Shown here piece after piece: positions 30,001 to 39,000 of a stretch of DNA of 46,142 nucleotides. Positions within the stretch are counted from its first letter, which is position 1. Each line of letters begins with the position of its first letter. The DNA comes from Barthelona sp. PAP020. Lineage: Eukaryota. Under the pieces are notes generated by a model. The model searched no databases and was not told where the DNA came from. It worked only from the letters and a program-made list of their open reading frames with translations. The position numbers and the translations under genes are program-made. The stretch lies in NCBI GenBank assembly GCA_040182905.1, contig JARQWU010000057.1, positions 1 through 46,142 on the forward strand, given 5' to 3'.

Positions 30001-33000
30001 CCATTGTACAATCTTACTTGATAAGTCTTAAAATCAATGGTAGTATTAATGAAATATGAACCAAAAGATCTGAAATAGAAATTATTTGCAGCATTAATGG
30101 TGGAAAATTCCAACTGCCATTTTGCGTACAAACTGTTCGATCTTAAGGTCAATAAAGCATCATCACCAACAATATAAAATGGATTGGCAGCAGTACCAAG
30201 AACTGCAGATGTACTTGAAACATAGAATTCAGATGAAGGATGCAAAACAATCGAAGGTTCATTTTCAGCTTTCACATTACAAGTAGCAACAGTAATTTTT
30301 TCATGGATATGAATTGAAGTACCATCAATTGTTGAAGCTCCATTCAAAGTTGCCAAAGGTGTGGAGATTAAACCCAAACCTGAAACAGTACCAGTTGTTA
30401 AAGTAAAAGTAGGAGTGAACAAACTTTCGCTAATATACAATTCAGCATTGGTACCAGAAATAATCAATGAATCAACAGTCAAATTCATTGGAATGGAAAC
30501 ATAAGCATTCTCCTGAATTATCATATCAACAGAAAGAATTTCAAGACATGACTCAAAAGAAACCTTGACATTGTCTTCAATAACTAAAGTGTTCGAAATA
30601 TTGAAATTTTTGTTATCGTTGTCCAATTTAAAACTCACGTCATCTCTCATGTACAAATTGGCAGTGGTAAAATCAAAATTACCACCAATTGTAACTTCGG
30701 CATCATCAATCAAATAGAGAGATGATGAGGCTCCAACGAAATCTGTTGAAGAATCAGTAATATAACGACCATTCCTGAAATATATTTGAGTATTGGTACT
30801 AATTGTGTAAGAAGAAGTACTTTTAAGATAGAAATAATAACCTTGATATTTGATTATCATGTCACTTACAGCTGTTGAGGAATCTAAAGCACAAATGACA
30901 GGTAACAAAACATTAACAGTAACACCACTTACACCATCTGTACCATCGAAATCCATACGTCCATTATTGGTAATTGAACCCAAATTGGATGAAACAGCAT
31001 CAGTATAAATTTGATAGGTTCCAGATGCTTCGGGAATAAAACCAAAATACCCATAAATTATCATTTCACAACCAATGAGATTTAAATTACCTGTAGTCCA
31101 ACGAACAGTACCAATAATCTCCAAAATACCATTGATAAACTTAAATCCGTCACCAGTACTTTTTAAATTTAAGGTTGCTGTATTCTTTAAACTAATTTTA
31201 GCTGCAGCATCAGATATTTCAATAGAACCTGCGATACAAAGGAGATTTGTATCAATCTCTAACACACAACGGTCAGAAACAGAAAGAACTGATCTGTCTC
31301 TCATTTCAATTTGTTGACAAATTACATGTAAATGTTCAATGATCAAAGAAGAATCATCATTCAATCTGAATTTGGGAATAGTTACAACATCCAAATCATT
31401 TGATTGAACAATAACAGATGAATAATCGTTCATTGTAATAGTTTGTGCATTGATTGAATATCCAGGTAAGAAAATAACTTGACTATAATCTTCAAAAACA
31501 CTTGAAGCAGAATCAATCGCGCCGGACAATTTCAAAATACTTTCTTCTTTCAAATACACATAACCAGCACTAGTAGCCGTTAAATTGAAATTGCTATTCC
31601 AGTTGTGAGTTCCTTTCTTCAAATATAAATATGCAGGAGCTTCCAAATAAAATACATCATTCAAATTAGTGTCTGATTTAAATGAAATTTCACCTGCTGT
31701 AAAACTAATTTCAGAGCCAACACTTGCAGTTAGCACGACAGCAAAAGATACATGCCCACTATAAGAAGGATTAGTCAACATTTTACCATTTATATATACA
31801 GTAGATGTCAATTCAACAGAATCTGCTGAAATGAATGTTGGAGAGTTACTACCAGTGGCTATGTAGAATTCAGCACCAGATTGAATGTACAAGAAAGATC
31901 TATCAAAAGAAATATCTCCATAAGCCCATACAAATGTTTCAGAAATAGTAAGTGTAGTGTTAATAAATGATACAGCACCTGACACTTTTGCATTCTTTGC
32001 GTTCAAAGATAATGAAGTAAAACTACCACCATAAATAAAAATGTCATCAGCTTCAACAATACCATGACCTTTCCATGTACCACCATTGTGTACCAAAGTA
32101 GATGCAAACATTTTACCACAACCAATATGAACTGAACCATCATTAAAAGTAAATGCTGAAAGATCATCAAAATTGGCAGTATCACGCACAATTAAAGTAG
32201 CACCATCCACAATGAAAGAACCTTCTCCTTGAATTGTTCCAGCAACTGTCATATAATGATCTTTAGCAGACAATGCCGAAGAAGCTTCCAAATTAATTGA
32301 AGCAAGAGAATCAACAAGGAAATAATTCAAACAATAAATATCAACATTTGTAAATTCTTTCACAAATACAGCAGAATTTGGATAAATATGAACCTTATTC
32401 TCTCTAAATTCAGTCAATTCACCATCAAAATATGTTGAAGACAACTCATAATTAATGTAATTCCAATACATTGTGATCATAAATAGACCTCTTCTTTTGA
32501 CAATACCATAATTTTCAAAATTTGAGGCTAATTCTGAATCATCAACAGTCATAACAGAATCAACAACGGGTTCCAAATAAAAAGTAGCACCAATATTATT
32601 AATAATACTTGCTTCTTGTAAACCACGAATTTCTCCAGATTTCCAAAAAGCAAAACCTTCATTAACGACTTTGAATCTGTCCAAAATCTTTAAACCAGTA
32701 ATCATTGTGATGGAAGGAGAACTTAAAGTACCAGTACCAACTAAAGTTCCTGCTTTCCAAAGGAAAGAAGATGAAACATGGATTTCACCTTTTCCTTCAA
32801 TAACACCATTATCAAAATCAACAGATTTAACATCGAAATCCAAACAATTATACTGAATGGTACCACCACTAATGAACCACTGGGATGAAGCAGGAGGTGG
32901 TGTTCTAAAGTCAATAACACCACCAGTAACTGTGAATGGAGATCCTAAGTTTACAAATAGAACATCTTCACGGAACAAAATGTAACCTCCTTTTACAGAA

Positions 33001-36000
33001 AATTCAGCAACATCATCCCAATTTGCAGAGTAAACGTAAACATTACCTCCAGTTACTTCAAAACTACCTTCAACATCAATATCACCCTCATAAATTCTGG
33101 TCAAACCATCAGCAACTTGGAATTTACCAAAAGATTCAGAATAAATGGTAGAATATGATAAGAATGTGGAAAGTAATGAAATTGTACCAGTTCTAACATG
33201 AATATCACCCTTTAAATGATCAACATCAACACCAATACTTGTTACAGTAGAACGAATAATATTTTGAATCAATATTATACCCTCATTGGAAATTGAAGAC
33301 ATCAAACCATCTCCTTGTAATAATTGATACGCAACAACATGACCAGTTTCAAAAGTAGCTGTTTTAGAATTGTTCAAAACAACCCCATGAGAGAAATAAA
33401 TATCACCTGCTGACCACAAGAAACTACCATAATTGATTAAATAACGTTGGGAAACGTATTTATCTTGATTGGAATCAACAACAACACCTCCTAAAAGATG
33501 GACAGAACCAGATCCAGTAAATCCACCACCGTTCCATAACAACTGATCTTGGAAAAACACTTCACCATCACCATTAACATAACCTTGATCAGTAAGTGTA
33601 AGTTGATCTTTGAATATTGAAGTGTTGTGGAATGCATGGTTACCTCCTGAAATAACAGCAGGTCCTGCAACAGTAAAATCAGAAGACCAAGATGTTTCGC
33701 CATCCACAAAAGTTATACCCAATGTGAAATAAAGAGGTTTTCTTGATTTGACTTGTCCTCCTTGAACTGTTAAAGATGGCATAACAGCTTCTTTGGTTCC
33801 TTCAAAAGAAAGAACGGAAGTAGAATCTCCATCAACAATAACATTATCAGTTGCAAAGAATGATCCATCGTAAACAGACACGTCTGAACCATTTACCAAA
33901 AATTTAGAATTGGATGAAAGGATAATAGAAGAACCACTGCGTAAATAAGTGAAACCACCAGTTAACATAACATCACCATCACCTTTGATACGAGATCCAT
34001 CATCAAGCGTAAATCCTAAACCACCAGAGAAATCTAAATATGCATCTGATGCAACGGTAAAATTACCTTTGCACCAACCTCCACCAGCCAAGGAAAGAGT
34101 ACCAGAATTAATATATGTATCACCACTTGAATCAAAATACCATTCAATGTTCAAGGTTCTATCATAATCCTTATAAACGTTATTTGAATTACCGAATTGA
34201 GGACGATCACCTTCACTGTTGTAATACCACAATGAACCACCTGGCATAAACCTGAATGTGGATGTGGATGAAACAATAATAGTTGCTCCATCCCAACCAT
34301 AAATATCACCATCGGTATATTCAGCGATTGATTCTACCATTATTCTTCTGCCAGACAAATATTTATCATTGGAACCAAATATTAGCAATCCTCCATAAAC
34401 AGAAAGCAAGTTTCCACCAGTGATACGTCCACCAGACCATTTTAAGGGACTGTAACTTTTAGTAGCACCATCACCACCAAAAATACCGTTTGAAATGTTA
34501 AACTCACCATAAATAAGTGATCTAGAATCAAGATAAGCTTCACCACCAGACATTATGAAATTGTTATAAATTTCAACTTCCGAATCAGAAAGCAATTCAC
34601 CACCAGAAATATCAACATTTTCAGAATACATAGGATAACCATGGAAGAAAATTGTACCTCCAGTAATCTCCAACATACTACCAAGTGATATTAATGTTAA
34701 ACCAGATTCAAATGCAGAATAACCACCAGTAATATAAGTCTTACCAGAGACATTGTAAATACAAGTGAAACTAATTTCACAACCATCAGATGTTTGAATA
34801 ACACCAGGAGCATCAATAACAGCTGAAGCTCCAAACAATTGATTTTCACCAGCAAGTTCAAGAACTGTATCCTCAGTAATATTGAAAATACCTTTAGCAT
34901 CAATAGAACCAGATAGAATAAGACGACCTTGTTGAATAATTAAATCACCTCCATGTTCCAAACGAACATCAATGACAGCAGTTGAAGTCCCATACTTTTC
35001 AATTGTTCCAAGATTTTCAAAAACAGCTTCAGGCAAAGCGCCTTGAATGAATTCACCACCTGGTAACATTTTAAAGAATGAGGAACCAAGATTTAAAAAT
35101 CTCGATCCTTCTTTGGCAATAATGTCACCACTATACCACAAACAAGTATCTTTGTTGAAGAACTCATTGATTTCGAAAGTCTTGCTTGCACCACTAGTTC
35201 CTTCAAAAATAAAGAAATCTTTTTCGGTGGACATTCTACCAGTACCTTTAATGGAACCACCTCTCCAAATTAAGCTATCAGTAACAATAGCTTGATTGTT
35301 GTCTTCAATAGTACCTCCATTCATATTGAACTCTTTGATGGTTGCCAAACGATTGAATCTAAATATACCATCATAAATATTCAACTCATCAATTTCAATG
35401 ACGGCTTGAATATCAGATTCACCACCTTTGATATTAACCAAAGGAATGTAAGTATCCAATTTAACCAAAGTAAGGCTACCTGCAACAATTGTAAAATTAT
35501 TGGCCAAAGAAATCAATTGAGTATTTTCTAGCAAACGTAATTCAGTTGTATCTACAACTAACACACCAGTAATATCAACAGTACCAAATTCTATCTCAAC
35601 ATAACCACCCAAAAATTGAACAAGGGCAGGTGATCTGAGAACAGAACCAAATCCAAAGTTCATACCTCTTTCATCAATAATGAACTCGGTATTGAGTGAA
35701 CACGTGATTGCACCATAAATTTCACCATTTCCGGTCAAAACTAAAGAACCCTCTTCTAAATCAACACTAGCATAGAATTGAGTATATAAAGATGAATAAA
35801 AAGCACCATTGTTGGTTTTCACAACAGATGATCTCACAGATAATCTGGACGGAACCAAAGGGTTTTCATCAACAAAACCTGAAGGGAAAATATTATCGAT
35901 TGAAATTGGAGCAGTTGGCTCTGCAACAAAATAACCAACGTTGGAATAGAAAAGATAACCTCTATGGAAATAAATAGGTGCCAAGAAAGTAAGGTGACGA

Positions 36001-39000
36001 GAATGAACTGCCTTGATATCCGAAGTATCAATATAAGTATCACCAAAGACTTGGAAAGTTCCACTGCCGGTGACATTACCTCCATTGAAATTAAATCTTT
36101 CAGCAATCTTAATTGGACCAATACCATCAATCAAACCCGCATTCAATGTATAGTAATCAAATTCTGCATATGAAACTGATGATGGTAATGTTATAATTCC
36201 ATGCTGAGTTAAAGAAGTGACAAACATCGTGGAATGAATGGTAACTATTGCACCAGTTGAAACCGTTGAAACATCACCTTCAGTGGCAGACAAGAAATCA
36301 ATTTGACAATTTGATAAACTCATGCTATCAAAAGTCAAATCGTTGAAATCAATGATACCACCAGAAATTACAAGGATATCAATATCAAAAGTGCCCAACA
36401 AGGAAATATTACCACCATGAATAGTTAAACTACGGATATAAAAAGAAAATCCAAATGGAATGGTAACATTAACTTCATCACCATCATAAATAATAATGTC
36501 TACACCTAAATTGGGAATATAAGCACCAGATTCTAATTCAAAACTACCATGACCAACAGTAACAGTATCATTAAATAAAGTCGAAGAACCAGAATAAGCA
36601 ATGAAGGAATCATCCTTCGATTGACTATTGATGTGTACAGGAGAATAAGAAGTGATTGAAGACAAATACAAAAATTCAACAGTTCCATGCATTGTTAAAG
36701 CAGAACCAGTTTCAATCGTGATTGAACCATAAAGTCCATTTTGCAGACCATATAATTCTGTTGAACTCTTGAAGATATCAATAACATTACCTTCAACATA
36801 TAATTCCCCATAATTTACCAAATAAAAGCGTAAAATCAATGTTTGACTCTCTTGAAGAATCTTACCATAATTGATCAACTGATTCTGTGGTTCAACTTGA
36901 TTGGTCAACACAAATGTTTCAGCATTCTTTTCAATACTGCTTTCAAAAATAATATTGGAATCTGCTTGATTTGTGATAATGAATCCATCATAAACAAGAA
37001 CTTCACCATCTTTATAGCTAATATCACCGAAATTAGAAATAGTTTTCTTCAAAACTTTTTCCAACTTTGTATCAATTACAAGAATTGTGTTCACAATAAA
37101 CAAATTGTTTCCTTGAATAGTACCACAATCCCAATAGAATCCATAAACTGGTAAGTCATAATCAGAAAAAATATCACCACCCTTAAAGGACCAAGAAGTT
37201 AAATGAACGTTGGATGTTTCAAAAGTAAGTGTGCCATTATACATAGTGAATAAAGGAGAAGAAACACTTCCTTTGAATGTCACAGAACCATGAACAATAG
37301 TGATATTGCTAGACACAACATCACCGGTAAAAACATGAACACCACTGTAGATAACAATTTCATCAATATTTGCATCAATGACCTTCAAATTACCACCTGT
37401 AGTTTCTAAATAATCAGCAGTAATTAAATCAGTTTCAATAGTTCCTCCAGACATCCATATATCTGTGGTATTAAACTCTTCAACAAGAACATTTCCTTCA
37501 GACATTGTAACATTATCACAACTAACAGAACCAGGATAAATATTAAGTCCTGACAATTCATTATCAAAGACCAAATAGTCAACCTCCAAATCACCAGATA
37601 ATTCCAAAAAACCTCCAGAAAAATCTACATATCCTGTAAATATTGTACCTGTGACATTTAAAATACCACCATTAAGGGTAAGTAAAGGTACTGTCAAATT
37701 AGCATCAATATTAAGAATTGCACCTTCCATTTGGAATTCATTACCAACACTTACGTTTTTATAAATAAAATGTTCATGATTATATGAACTTCCAGTGGCA
37801 GTGTTATCATCAATATACAACTTATCACCAATGTCAACGAGTGTATATGAAATAAACTCACCAGCTAAAATATTCATAACGTCAACGTCAAAATCAACAC
37901 CTGCTTCCAAAATAAGATGAGCATCCTCATCAACTTTAATACCAGAAACATTCAAATCTCTTGATAGATCAACATTAACGCTTCCAATAAAGTCAAAATA
38001 TGAACCTGTTTCAACATTTAATATAGAATCATCTTCAATGAAGACAGATGTAGTACCATCAAAAACAAGATGAGCTGTTGTATTTAAATCAATGATTGCA
38101 TCATCAGAGATTACATGTTGAGTACCGCTTATACCTGAAAATACCAAATTTGTACCTTCAGTAACCTCAATATGAGAATCTGGGTACAAAACGGAACCAA
38201 ATCCTAATTCTAATGTGCCATCTTCTATCAAAATCTCACTATACAACAATAACTTCCATTTAATATATAAATCAGCAGATAATTCCTTCTTATTCATCTT
38301 AGATCCTTCCTTAAATTCTAACATACAGTCATTTGATGTTGTAGAAAAGGTAAAGGATTGAGGAGATGAATAATTAAAGAAACTTCCATCTTCAAAAATT
38401 AAACGATTTTCCCCACCAGTGTTACAAACAAAGAAACCTTTATTGTTTAAAACTAAACTGGAGGTTGATGTCATATAAATCTTTGAATAACCAGCAATGG
38501 TACGATTTAATGAATAATAAGGCAAATGCAAAGTTTCATTCACAAATAATTCCAAAAAACCTGTATTTCCCTGAAGTAAACCATAACCAAAAGTAAAATT
38601 ACGCACATCTGATGAACCATCACCAGTTACAGTACCTCCAATCATGTTTAAGTGATCTACATAATTCTTTTCAGTTCCTGAAAAATGAACATATCCAACA
38701 AGTGATGTTTCAATTTCTGTCACATTAGCCTTATATAAATACACATGATTCTTTGAGACAAACATTTGATCAACCATTAAATCTTCGTAGAAATATGCAT
38801 ATGTTTGAACAGTTGTTGTTAATGAAGCAGAAACCAATTTTAAAATATGCAAAGGAATGATGTTATTGGCAGTAATTACACCTCTATAATGTTGAATTTC
38901 GTTAACAACACCAGACCTTCTGATATTCAGTTTACCGTTATTAATCAAACGAATTATATTAAAATCTTGTTCAGTATCCAATTCAAGGGTACCTCCAGAT

